A stretch of 64,000 nt of DNA from an uncultured Acidimicrobiaceae bacterium (GCA_963828435.1 CAWHFG010000005.1:746604-810603), one strand, 5' to 3'. Shown: positions 45,870-53,957, counted from the first letter of the stretch. Translations and numbers: made by a program. Notes: generated by a model from the sequence alone, not told the origin.

Positions 45870-46134
45870 ATGACCGTTCACACCAATCCCCCAACCGTCG
45901 ATGCTTTCACTGCCGAATGGGAAAGCTGCCCGCTATGTTCCGTTCGACCAGCCACGACCGACCACGGTCGGCGCCGCGGTTGAGGGACTGCAACATGTCT
46001 ACGACGCGCCTGGTCAAATTCTTCCCTGTGCCTACACCGACCTGGCCACCTGCCCGCTTCCGCCGCCCGGCGACCGACTACCCGTCGCGATTGCCGCAGG
46101 CCAAAAGACGCCCTGCGAGCGCGCCGAAAGCTAA
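45870..46134 (+). pseudogene. possible DUF1684-family remnant (truncated and frameshifted)
   Basis: ATG 45870 gives MTVHTNPPTVDAFTAEWES... A second frame gives ...RYVPFDQPRPTTVGAAVEGLQHVYDAPGQILPCAYTDLATCPLPPPGDRLPVAIAAGQK. That resembles the conserved C-terminal NPxCAY...CPlPP.eN.L...AGEk block of DUF1684 proteins. The total length is far too short for the family. Confidence 0.3.
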
Positions 46135-46247
46135 TCGCAGACAACGCCCGGCCGGCACGCACTGGCCCGCTTCATCTCGCCAACGACCGGAAGGTACTCT
46201 TTCTCGTCGGCGGGGTCAGACCTGGTCGCCAATCCTGATAGGCCGGG

Positions 46248-46883
46248 TCAATGCCCCGGGAGCGTTCCAGATCGGTTGAGCCCGGACGGATAGCCGGCGG
46301 GATAGCGCGACCAGATATCTTCGCAGGCCCGGCAGGTGGACCGTGGGACAACGCCGACCCTCATGGCGAACGCGAAAACCTTGCATCCAAGACAGATGCC
46401 CAGCCCCGCCTCCAGGCCGGCCGCGGCGATGAGCAGCATCAGCAGCCGGTGGGCGGCACGACGCCTTCCGGTGACAACGCAATACGAGGAACCCAGCGTC
46501 ACGACCAACCCGATCGCTTGGGCCAGACGCTTGGGAGGCCCCGGAGAATAGCGGTCGTTGCGCTTCAGTCGGGGAGTCACCAGCCGGGTGGCTACCAGTC
46601 CGAGCGGACTGTACCGAGGACCGGCCAGGGCCCGAGCAGCAAAGCCGTAGGTGAGTGGTGCCAGCAGCCAGGCCTGGTCGGTCGCGACCGCGGCGAGAGA
46701 CATGGCGAGCACTCCGCTCGCGACCACTCGGGCAGAGGTCTCGTTGACCGGGTTCGGGAACGTAGGTAACGTCACGGCCCCAAATCCTATCTTCCTGATC
46801 GGATTTCGAGAGGCGGCGTCGGCACAGAGTCCGTCAGGGTCGGCGACTGACGTTTCCGGGTCCTGGTGATAGGTCCGGGCCAA
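46248..46883 (-). CDS. DUF4395-like membrane protein
   Basis: ...PVNETSARVVASGVLAMSLAAV...GPRYSPLGLVATRLVTPRL...PGPPKRLAQAIGL...AAGLEAGLGICLGCKVF. This pattern is typical of the family. Confidence 0.6.
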   Translation of the reverse strand: MARTYHQDPETSVADPDGLCADAASRNPIRKIGFGAVTLPTFPNPVNETSARVVASGVLAMSLAAVATDQAWLLAPLTYGFAARALAGPRYSPLGLVATRLVTPRLKRNDRYSPGPPKRLAQAIGLVVTLGSSYCVVTGRRRAAHRLLMLLIAAAGLEAGLGICLGCKVFAFAMRVGVVPRSTCRACEDIWSRYPAGYPSGLNRSGTLPGH

Positions 46884-46949
46884 GATGGCGTGGCGGGTTT
46901 GGGCCGCGTGTCATAAGGGAAGCACTATGGGCAACAGAAAGGTCCAGTC

Positions 46950-47114
46950 ATGTTGATTCTGTTGGGATTGCTCTTGGTGCTCTTGTTCTTCGGTCTCGGC
47001 TTTACGCTCCATGCACTTTGGATAGTCGCGATCGTGCTCTTCCTCGCCTGGTTGATCGGTCTGGTCATCGGAAGAGGCGAGAGCGCGGGCAGAAACCGTT
47101 TCTATCGTTGGTGA
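46950..47114 (+). CDS. 54-aa hydrophobic membrane peptide (below the ORF-track length cut-off)
   Basis: ATG 46950 lies 8 nt after GAAAGG. It encodes MLILLGLLLVLLFFGLGFTLHALWIVAIVLFLAWLIGLVIGRGESAGRNRFYRW, with stop TGA at 47112-47114. It is followed by a nested inverted repeat. Confidence 0.55.
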   Translation: MLILLGLLLVLLFFGLGFTLHALWIVAIVLFLAWLIGLVIGRGESAGRNRFYRW

Positions 47115-47165
47115 AGCAGCCCGCCGGACTCCGGCTGCGAAGGTACCGCCCTTTCCCGGGCTGCT
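47115..47165. terminator. possible bidirectional hairpin between convergent genes
   Basis: AGCAGCCCG (47115-47123) pairs with CGGGCTGCT (47157-47165). The pair encloses CCGG-ACT-CCGG (47124-47134). There is no clear U-tract. Confidence 0.25.
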
Positions 47166-47251
47166 CGCCGCCTGTAGACCCTTGGCCGACGGAGCCGCTT
47201 GCTCGAAATGGGTATCGGGATCCGGGTCGCGGGCAGAAGCACAGTCAGGCG

Positions 47252-48187
47252 CTACCCGCTGCTGCTGCGCCCGGACCGGCGGTACGCGACAAAGGGCGCG
47301 GCGCGCTGGATCCGACCCGGTAGTGCTGCTGGCCGGTCTCGAAGGGCCTGCTGGGCTTGTTCGGCTGGAGCGCCGAACCGCAGGAGCCGGCCGCCGAAGG
47401 CGATGGAACAGATGGCGAACCACGCCCACCCGAAGGCCAGACCCGCCAGCACATCAGTGAGCCAGTGCACCCCCAGGAAGACCCGGCTGGACGCGATGCC
47501 GACGGCGAGCGCCACGGCGATGCCGGCGAGGATCGCCTTGGCCCGCGAGGACCGGCCGATTCCGGCCAGGAGGGCGAAGGCCGCGAAGGACGCCGCGGAG
47601 GCGGCCGCGTGACCGGAAGGAAAGGAAGGGCCGCTGAAGCCGGTGAGCCGATCGATGTCCGGACGGGTTCGATCGACGATCCACTTGATCAGGTCAACGA
47701 CCGCGAACTGGCCACCGACGGTCAGGGCAAGGAAGCAGGCCACGGCGGGGAGGCGCTCCCGTCGCACCACGGCGACGCACATTACGGCCGCGAAGGGCCC
47801 GAGGAAGGCGGCCCCGCCCAACACGGAGAGATCGCGTAGCACCCGCGTGGACGCCGGGCTCGCATGGGCGGCCGCGAAGCGGGCTGCGCTGAGGTCGAAC
47901 CGAGCGAAGCCGATGTTGGTGCGGATCATCCACACCAGCAGGCCGAAGGCTACGACCCCGGCTACCAGCAGGATGAGGCCGGCCGTGAGGGCCAGCCCGG
48001 TAGTGGAGTTCGGGTCCAGACGAGAATCAACCAGGGCCGCGGCGCGGGGATGCCGGCGTACTTCACCCCGGATGTGCTCCGGCTTCACCCGGGGCGCCAG
48101 CTGAAATGCGGTCCAGCGGTGCGCCGCCAGCCAGACCGAAGTCCCGGTGACCGCCATGAGGGCCGCCGTGATGCCAATAATCAGCAT
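47252..48187 (-). CDS. PAP2-family lipid phosphate phosphatase
   Basis: All three PAP2 motifs are present: KWIVDRTRP, PSGH and SRVFLGVHWLTD. The protein has multiple TM helices. Confidence 0.8.
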   Translation of the reverse strand: MLIIGITAALMAVTGTSVWLAAHRWTAFQLAPRVKPEHIRGEVRRHPRAAALVDSRLDPNSTTGLALTAGLILLVAGVVAFGLLVWMIRTNIGFARFDLSAARFAAAHASPASTRVLRDLSVLGGAAFLGPFAAVMCVAVVRRERLPAVACFLALTVGGQFAVVDLIKWIVDRTRPDIDRLTGFSGPSFPSGHAAASAASFAAFALLAGIGRSSRAKAILAGIAVALAVGIASSRVFLGVHWLTDVLAGLAFGWAWFAICSIAFGGRLLRFGAPAEQAQQALRDRPAALPGRIQRAAPFVAYRRSGRSSSG

Positions 48188-48224
48188 GGGGACGTCTGGC
48201 GGCGTCTACGTTGGCTGGTTCCGG

Positions 48225-49190
48225 TCATGACCCGACCGGCACGGGTGTCTTGCCCGCGCCGGGCTCGGACTCGGCCACCTTTTCCTGGTCCTGGGGCGCG
48301 GGCTCCCCGACCCGGACCGACTCCAGCTCGGCCGCAACTGCCGCCCCAAACAGCAGCGCCATGGCCGAGAACAGGCACCACCACAGCAAGGCGATGAGGC
48401 CGGCGAGCGGGCCGTAGGTCTGGCCGAACGACGAGCTGAACCGGTAAAACACGCCGAGTCCGATGGTGACAGCAGCCCACAGCAGCACCGAGACCCCGGC
48501 CCCGAAGGCCAGCCAGGACAATCGAGGTTGGCGGCGGCGGGGGGACCACCGGAACAGCAGTGTCACCGCCACGGTGATGAGCACCAAGCCCAGCGGCCAC
48601 CGACCGATGGCCCACGCGGTGTTGAGGTCGGTGTTGGTCGTGTGCAGGATCTCCCGGCCGAACGCCAGGCAACCGAACGACACCGCCACCAGGGTGCCCG
48701 CGCTGAGGGCGAACAGCAGCGCGAGCCCGTATTTCTGAAGACTGGGACGGTCTTGCTCGACTCCGTACAGGCGATTGAGGCCGCGTTCCAGCTGCCCCAT
48801 GACCGTGGTACCGGTGACGAGGCATCCGGCCACACCGAAGATGAGGGCGCCGTACCGGTGCTCGAGGGCCGTCGTGTGCGCCTGCACGACGGCGCTGGTC
48901 AGCACCTGACCGGCCGGGCCGGGCACCGCCCGCCTGACCGCGGCGACGACTGTGCTGCCGATCTGGCCCTTGTCGAAGAGGCTGGCCAACCCAACCAGCC
49001 CGATCACCCCCTGGACGGCCACGAGGGTGGTCATGAAGGCAACCGAGCGGGCGTGGCTGAAGCCGTCGGCGACTCGCATCCGCTGCCAGGCGTCCTTCAA
49101 GAGCTGCCGCTTACCGGCCCGCGACAGCGTGGTCCAGGCGTCGTCGCCGGACAAACCCACCGTTTCCGGAACCAGGCTGGCCGTGCTCAA
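48225..49190 (-). CDS. YihY/BrkB-family membrane protein
   Basis: FSHARSVAFMTTLVAVQGVIGLVGL..., a polytopic profile and the family-typical C-terminal YGPLAGLIALLWWCLFSAMALLFGAAV. Confidence 0.7.
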   Translation of the reverse strand: MSTASLVPETVGLSGDDAWTTLSRAGKRQLLKDAWQRMRVADGFSHARSVAFMTTLVAVQGVIGLVGLASLFDKGQIGSTVVAAVRRAVPGPAGQVLTSAVVQAHTTALEHRYGALIFGVAGCLVTGTTVMGQLERGLNRLYGVEQDRPSLQKYGLALLFALSAGTLVAVSFGCLAFGREILHTTNTDLNTAWAIGRWPLGLVLITVAVTLLFRWSPRRRQPRLSWLAFGAGVSVLLWAAVTIGLGVFYRFSSSFGQTYGPLAGLIALLWWCLFSAMALLFGAAVAAELESVRVGEPAPQDQEKVAESEPGAGKTPVPVGS

Positions 49191-50074
49191 TGCCGGCCTG
49201 TCTCAGCAACACACACCGTGATGGCGCCCGCCTCGACCCCGGCGTGCAGGCGCCGGGTCGCCTTCCGGGCGCCCCCGTCGAGTTCGTACGCAGTCGGCCT
49301 GCTCATGTTCACGGTAATACTGCGGCCCCGCCCTTTGCTCACGAAGCGAGACCGGTCGGTCCTGCCTGCTGCCAGGGCTGTGAAGAGCCTGGCCCACTCG
49401 ATGGGGCGGCTCGCGGTCACCACCGCCACCTCGAGAAGGCCGTCGTCGGGTTCAGCGTCGGCGAAGATGGTGAGTTTTCCTGTGATGGTGCCGAAGTTGC
49501 CGAGCAGCAGGCAGCTGGCCCGGCCATCGAACCAGCGCTTCCCCTCGATGTCGATGCGCATCCTCACCGGCTTCGACCCGATGGCGCGGGTGCCGCTCCA
49601 CACATAGGCGAAACGGCCCAAACGGTCCTTGAGGGCCCGGTTGGTGCCCTCCATCAAGACGGCGTCGAAACCGGCGCCGGCCATGACTGCGAAGCGCTCA
49701 CCGTTGAGCACCCCCACGTCCAGCGGGCGTCGGACCCCGTCGAGGGCGACCGCCAGCGCTCCCGGAAGGTCCATCGGAATGCCCAGGTTGCTGGCCAGGA
49801 GGTTGGCCGTGCCCGCCGGCAGAACCGCTATCGGCACGTTCGATCCCGCCAGCACGTTGATGCAGCGCTGAATGGTCCCGTCCCCACCCCAGAGCAGCAA
49901 GAGGTCGGCCCCATCTTTGATCGCCTGGCGGGCCATGGCCGGCGCTTTACGGCTCTTGCTGACCTCATACCAGATCGGATCGTTGAAACCCCTATCGGCG
50001 AGAAAACCACGTAGCTCTGCCAGGCCGCCACCCAGCGACTTCCGCCGGTGGGCCACCACGGCAATCGACGTCAC
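49187..50074 (-). CDS. diacylglycerol-kinase-like lipid kinase (DAGK catalytic domain, YegS/LCB5 type)
   Basis: LLLWGGDGTIQRCINVL and PIAVLPAGTANLLASNLGIP. Its stop overlaps the YihY start and its start overlaps the upstream PAP2 stop by 4 nt at each junction. Confidence 0.8.
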   Translation of the reverse strand: MTSIAVVAHRRKSLGGGLAELRGFLADRGFNDPIWYEVSKSRKAPAMARQAIKDGADLLLLWGGDGTIQRCINVLAGSNVPIAVLPAGTANLLASNLGIPMDLPGALAVALDGVRRPLDVGVLNGERFAVMAGAGFDAVLMEGTNRALKDRLGRFAYVWSGTRAIGSKPVRMRIDIEGKRWFDGRASCLLLGNFGTITGKLTIFADAEPDDGLLEVAVVTASRPIEWARLFTALAAGRTDRSRFVSKGRGRSITVNMSRPTAYELDGGARKATRRLHAGVEAGAITVCVAETGRH

Positions 50075-51189
50075 CGCGGCCCCGATCTCGATCCGGCGAG
50101 GGTCGGCGGCGAGCCGGCTGGAGCCGCTCGTCCGGCGCGGCGGGTCCAGACCTGGATGACGAGGATTGCCGCGCCCAGGGCGGCCCCGCCCAGGCAGAAA
50201 CCGGCGATGGTGTCGGTGGGATGATGCTCGCCACGGTAGATCCTCGATAGGGCGACGCCGATCGTGAGCCCGACCGCGGCCGTCCAGGCGGCCAGTCGCG
50301 GCAGGCGTCTGGAGGTTGCGACCATGACCAGGACCGCGATTCCTCCGTAGAGCACTGCGGTGGCGGCCACATGGCCGGAGGGCCAGCTCGAGGTCGACGG
50401 AGTGGAGCCGAGATGTGCCACCTTGGGGCGCGGCCTGTCAACGACGTAGTTCGTGGCCAGGAATACGGAGAGCTCCACGGCCAGTCCCGCGCCCAGCAGC
50501 CACGCCAATCGACCCCAGTGGCGCAGCAACAGCCACAGCGTGACCACGGCAGCCACCGAGAGGACACCTACGGTATCCGCCAGCACCGTGAAATCGCCGC
50601 TCAGGCGATTCCAAACGGAAGCCCGGTGCCCCGCGAACCACTGGTTCACGTGCTCATCCCACTGACCCAGCCGGTCGTGGACGCCAAAATGCACCATCAG
50701 CAGACCGCCTCCGATCAGCACCGCAGCGATCAGGAGGAATGCGCCGATGAAGAAATCGCCGACCGCGATCACCAGGTGCTTGTCCTGCAGCCGGGAACGA
50801 ACTCTCGTCGGGAGCTTCCAATGCCCGCCAGTCCCCTCCAGAAGGATCCGGTTCGGGGCCCGGCCATCGGCTGGAGGACCCAGAGCCCAGCCCGCCGGGC
50901 CGGGGGACATGAGGCGAGCAGGCTGCAGACCAAGGTCCATACCACCCTTTTCGCCGGCCCGGGTGCCCTCGTCGCCGGCCCGGGTGCCCTCGTCGCCGGC
51001 CCGGGTGCCCTCGTCGCCGGCCCGGGTGCCCTCGTCGCCGGCCCGGGTGCCCTCGTCGCCGGCCCGGGTGCCCTCGTCGCCGGCCCGGGTGCCCTCGTCG
51101 CCGGCCCGGGTGCCCTCGTCGCCGGCCCGTGTGATAGACACAAGTCCCCTCTCGTCGTCCCAAGAAGCACTCTGGCTGACTTCACGCAT
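50071..51189 (-). CDS. PAP2-family lipid phosphate phosphatase; N-terminal extent uncertain (ATG 51189 includes the TRAGDEG repeat, ATG 50940 excludes it)
   Basis: PAP2 motifs VDRPRP, PSGH and SRIYRGEHHPTD. The track start 51489 would overlap the divergent PLD gene by about 200 nt and is rejected. Confidence 0.7.
   Translation of the reverse strand: MREVSQSASWDDERGLVSITRAGDEGTRAGDEGTRAGDEGTRAGDEGTRAGDEGTRAGDEGTRAGDEGTRAGDEGTRAGEKGGMDLGLQPARLMSPGPAGWALGPPADGRAPNRILLEGTGGHWKLPTRVRSRLQDKHLVIAVGDFFIGAFLLIAAVLIGGGLLMVHFGVHDRLGQWDEHVNQWFAGHRASVWNRLSGDFTVLADTVGVLSVAAVVTLWLLLRHWGRLAWLLGAGLAVELSVFLATNYVVDRPRPKVAHLGSTPSTSSWPSGHVAATAVLYGGIAVLVMVATSRRLPRLAAWTAAVGLTIGVALSRIYRGEHHPTDTIAGFCLGGAALGAAILVIQVWTRRAGRAAPAGSPPTLAGSRSGPR
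50945..51133. repeat. 21-bp tandem repeat: 8 perfect copies (50952-51119) plus degenerate partial copies at both ends
   Basis: The unit is CGCCGGCCCGGGTGCCCTCGT. It is in frame with the PAP2 ORF, where it reads (TRAGDEG)n. All six reading frames are open through it. Confidence 0.95.
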
Positions 51190-51295
51190 GAGATACCCGT
51201 CCTGCCAGTGCGGCAAACCGTGGCGGTTGTCCGCGGCGGGGAGGTGAATCTGCTGCGCATCGGAGGGGTCGAGGTCGGGTAGGTAGGCACAGGTG

Positions 51296-52876
51296 ATGGC
51301 TGGCGAGGATTGGCTGCTACTGGCGTCCGAGCGGGGTAACGACGCCACGGACCTGGACCGCCGCCACCGTGACGGCCTGGCGTGGACAACAGGCAACCAG
51401 GTACGGCCGCTGATCCACGGCGCTGAGTACTTCGCCGCTCTGGCGGCCGCCATCGGGAGGATGCGGTCCGGTGACGTGCTGTTCTTCACAGACTGGCGTG
51501 GCGATCCCGATCAACACCTCGACGGCGAGGGCATCGAGGTCCGGACGGTCCTGTGCCGGGCAGCCGAGAGGGGGGTGATCGTCCGCGGTCTGATCTGGCG
51601 GTCACACCTGGATCGCTTCCAGTTTTCCGAGCGGGAGAACCGCCATCTGGGGGAGGAGATCAATGCCGCGGGAGGGAAATGCCTGCTCGACATGCGGGTT
51701 CGGCCCGGCGGCTCACACCACCAGAAGTTCGTCGTACTGCGTCATCCCGGCCGGCCAGAGCTGGACTGTGCCTTCGTCGGCGGGATCGACCTCTGTCACA
51801 GCCGTCGAGACGATGCCGCCCACGCCGGAGACATCCAGACGCAGCCTATGGCCGCGGTATATGGGCCTCGGCCTCCCTGGCACGACATCCAGGTCCAGCT
51901 GCGCGGCCCGGCGGTTGCGGATGTCGAAAGCGTGTTCCGGGAACGGTGGGACGATCCCTCCCCTCTCTCGCTCAACCCGATCCACCGGCTGCGCGACCTG
52001 ATGGGGCGGGCTACGTCCCGTTGGCGGCCCCTCCCGGACCGGCTGGACGACCCCTCGCCCTGCGGGAGCCGGACCGTACAACTGCTCCGGACCTATCCCC
52101 CTCGACTCCGGGCCTCGCCGTTCGCCCCCGAGGGTGAACGCAGCGTGGCCAGGGGTATCACCAAGGCCCTCGGCCGGGCCCGCCGCCTGGTGTACGTCGA
52201 AGATCAGTACCTGTGGTCGCGCCAGGCGGTGGCTGCCTTCTGCCGGGCCCTGGAGGATGAGCCCTCCCTGCGGTTGGTGGCGGTGGTGTCGAGCTACCCG
52301 GATCAGGACGGCCGCCTGTCGATGGCTCCGAATCTGATCGGTCGCGCCGATGCCATGGGCGCCCTGGACGAGGCCGGGGGGACGCGCGTGGCGATCTATG
52401 GTCTGCAAAACCACGCCGGCTACCCCGTCTACGTGCACGCAAAGCTGTGCATTATCGACGACGAGTGGGCGAAAGTCGGCTCCGACAACATCAATCGTAG
52501 GTCGTGGACTCACGACTCGGAGCTGGCCTGCGCGGTGGTCGACAACGCGCCGGCCGACCTGTCGGGATCCGGTGGAATGTCGTTTGGCCGGGATCTGCGT
52601 CTGCGCCTGGCCCGTGAACACCTCGACCGGGTCGACGGTGACGATGACGACCTTATGGACCCGGACAGGTTTTTTGCGGCCTTCGAGACCGCAGCCGCCG
52701 GGCTCGACGCTTGGCATGCGGCCGGACAGGTCGGGCCGCGCCCTCCGGGGCGTCTTCGACGGTTGTCGAGGCCCCATCTTTCCGGTTGGGGCCGCCTGTG
52801 GTCGGCGCCGGTGTATCGCAGGCTTTACGACCCCGACGGGCGACGCCGATCATGGCAAAAGGCCGACCGGTATTGA
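51296..52876 (+). CDS. phospholipase D-like / HKD-superfamily protein
   Basis: Two HKD-type regions: GGSHHQKFVVL...AFVGGIDL and VYVHAKLCIIDDEWAKVGSDNINRRS. It is divergent from the PAP2 gene. Confidence 0.75.
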   Translation: MAGEDWLLLASERGNDATDLDRRHRDGLAWTTGNQVRPLIHGAEYFAALAAAIGRMRSGDVLFFTDWRGDPDQHLDGEGIEVRTVLCRAAERGVIVRGLIWRSHLDRFQFSERENRHLGEEINAAGGKCLLDMRVRPGGSHHQKFVVLRHPGRPELDCAFVGGIDLCHSRRDDAAHAGDIQTQPMAAVYGPRPPWHDIQVQLRGPAVADVESVFRERWDDPSPLSLNPIHRLRDLMGRATSRWRPLPDRLDDPSPCGSRTVQLLRTYPPRLRASPFAPEGERSVARGITKALGRARRLVYVEDQYLWSRQAVAAFCRALEDEPSLRLVAVVSSYPDQDGRLSMAPNLIGRADAMGALDEAGGTRVAIYGLQNHAGYPVYVHAKLCIIDDEWAKVGSDNINRRSWTHDSELACAVVDNAPADLSGSGGMSFGRDLRLRLAREHLDRVDGDDDDLMDPDRFFAAFETAAAGLDAWHAAGQVGPRPPGRLRRLSRPHLSGWGRLWSAPVYRRLYDPDGRRRSWQKADRY

Positions 52877-52975
52877 AGTCCCGGTAGCAATGAGGAGCGG
52901 TGGAGCGTGAAGTTGGGCCGGGCCGGGTAGAAACCCCGAGGACGCCAATCGCGGCGAGATCCACGGAGGTCAGAT

Positions 52976-53217
52976 ATGAAGCGGCTGTGGTTCCTGGCAG
53001 GCATCGCCCTCGGGTTTGTGCTGGGTTCCGCGCCGGTACGGGCCCTTACCGGCAGCTCGAAGCCAACGTTCGGAAGATGGCTGGCCAGCCCGAAGTGCAG
53101 AGTACGATGGCGCAGGTTCGTATCACGGTTCAGGACAAGGTGAACGAGACAGCCGGCAAGATCGGCGACGCCCTGCCAAACCGGCCAGAGGAGGCGACCA
53201 CCCTCATCGGCCGGTAG
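52976..53217 (+). pseudogene. small N-terminally anchored (YtxH-like) protein with one frameshift at CC 53028-53029
   Basis: GGAGGT lies 5 nt before ATG 52976: MKRLWFLAGIALGFVLGS. Adding one C continues the reading as RAGTGPYRQLEANVRKMAGQPEVQSTMAQVRITVQDKVNETAGKIGDALPN..., with the stop at 53215-53217. Confidence 0.5.
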
Positions 53218-53318
53218 GCCGGGGTGGGCCCCCCGCGTCGCCTGCCTGCAGTGCCGACATACCGGAGAGAGTTCGGCGCCAGTCAACCCGGGCTTAGGGG
53301 TTCGTCTAGGCTCGATTC

Positions 53319-53957
53319 ATGCCCAGGGTCTCCAGCACGGACGTGGTCAGGAAGTCTCCCGGACCCAGCGGCGCCGACACGTCAGCAGCCAGAAGTGCGG
53401 TTTCGCGGCTGGCGATTCTCAACGCGGCCCGGGAGCTGTTCTCAGTTCGGGGTTACAACGCCACTTCCATAAGCGACATCGTGGCTCGGGCAGGGACCAG
53501 CGTCGGGCTGCCTTACTATCATTTCGGCAGCAAGAAGCAGATCTTCCTCACTCTCTGGAATGACTACCAGGTGTCCCAGGAGGCTCACGCCCGGGCCGCT
53601 GTCGCCGAGGCGCGGACGGTGGGGGTGGCCGGCAAAGATCTCCTCCTGGTTGGTTCACGGGCCTACCTTCGAGGTGCCTGGGCCGCTCGGGACATCGTGC
53701 CGCTTGTGCACAGCCGCGATGCCCCGCCGGGTTTCGAAGCGGTGGCCCGCGAGGCCACCAGGAGATGGGAGCGGCAGAACCGCGCCCTCCTTTCGAGCTA
53801 CGACCCCAAGTATGTGAAAACAGCCACCGTTCTGATGGAGGGAGTTCTCGGGTCTATCTCCCTGGAACTGGCGAAATGCCGGAACGAGCTCGAAGCCAAT
53901 GAGTTGATCGAAAACTCGCTGACATTGATCGGAGGCATGCTGAGCCGGCTGGACTAG
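53319..53957 (+). CDS. TetR family transcriptional regulator
   Basis: HTH region YNATSISDIVARAGTSVGLPYYHFGSKKQIF. Confidence 0.8.
   Translation: MPRVSSTDVVRKSPGPSGADTSAARSAVSRLAILNAARELFSVRGYNATSISDIVARAGTSVGLPYYHFGSKKQIFLTLWNDYQVSQEAHARAAVAEARTVGVAGKDLLLVGSRAYLRGAWAARDIVPLVHSRDAPPGFEAVAREATRRWERQNRALLSSYDPKYVKTATVLMEGVLGSISLELAKCRNELEANELIENSLTLIGGMLSRLD

Noticed and set aside
50945-51133. The regular 21-bp repeat array as a CRISPR locus.
   Set aside because: The copies are directly adjacent with no unique spacers, the unit is too short, and no cas genes are nearby. It is a minisatellite, not a CRISPR array.
50071-51489. Full-length 472-aa version of the PAP2 ORF as listed in the track.
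   Set aside because: The upstream ~100 codons would overlap the divergent PLD-like gene (start 51296) by about 200 nt and have no protein-like features. ATG 51189 or ATG 50940 is a far more plausible start.
51296-52876. The PLD/HKD protein as a nuclease-type anti-phage defence component.
   Set aside because: Its context (PAP2, DAG-kinase-like and YihY membrane genes) and its two-HKD phospholipase/cardiolipin-synthase-like layout fit lipid metabolism better. No helicase, ATPase, methylase or other defence-associated partner is adjacent.
3880-53217. Programmed ribosomal frameshifting as the explanation for the interrupted genes.
   Set aside because: The junctions occur in unrelated genes, in both +1 and -1 directions, without slippery heptamers or downstream structures, and within conserved domain cores. 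Indel errors or mutations explain them more simply.
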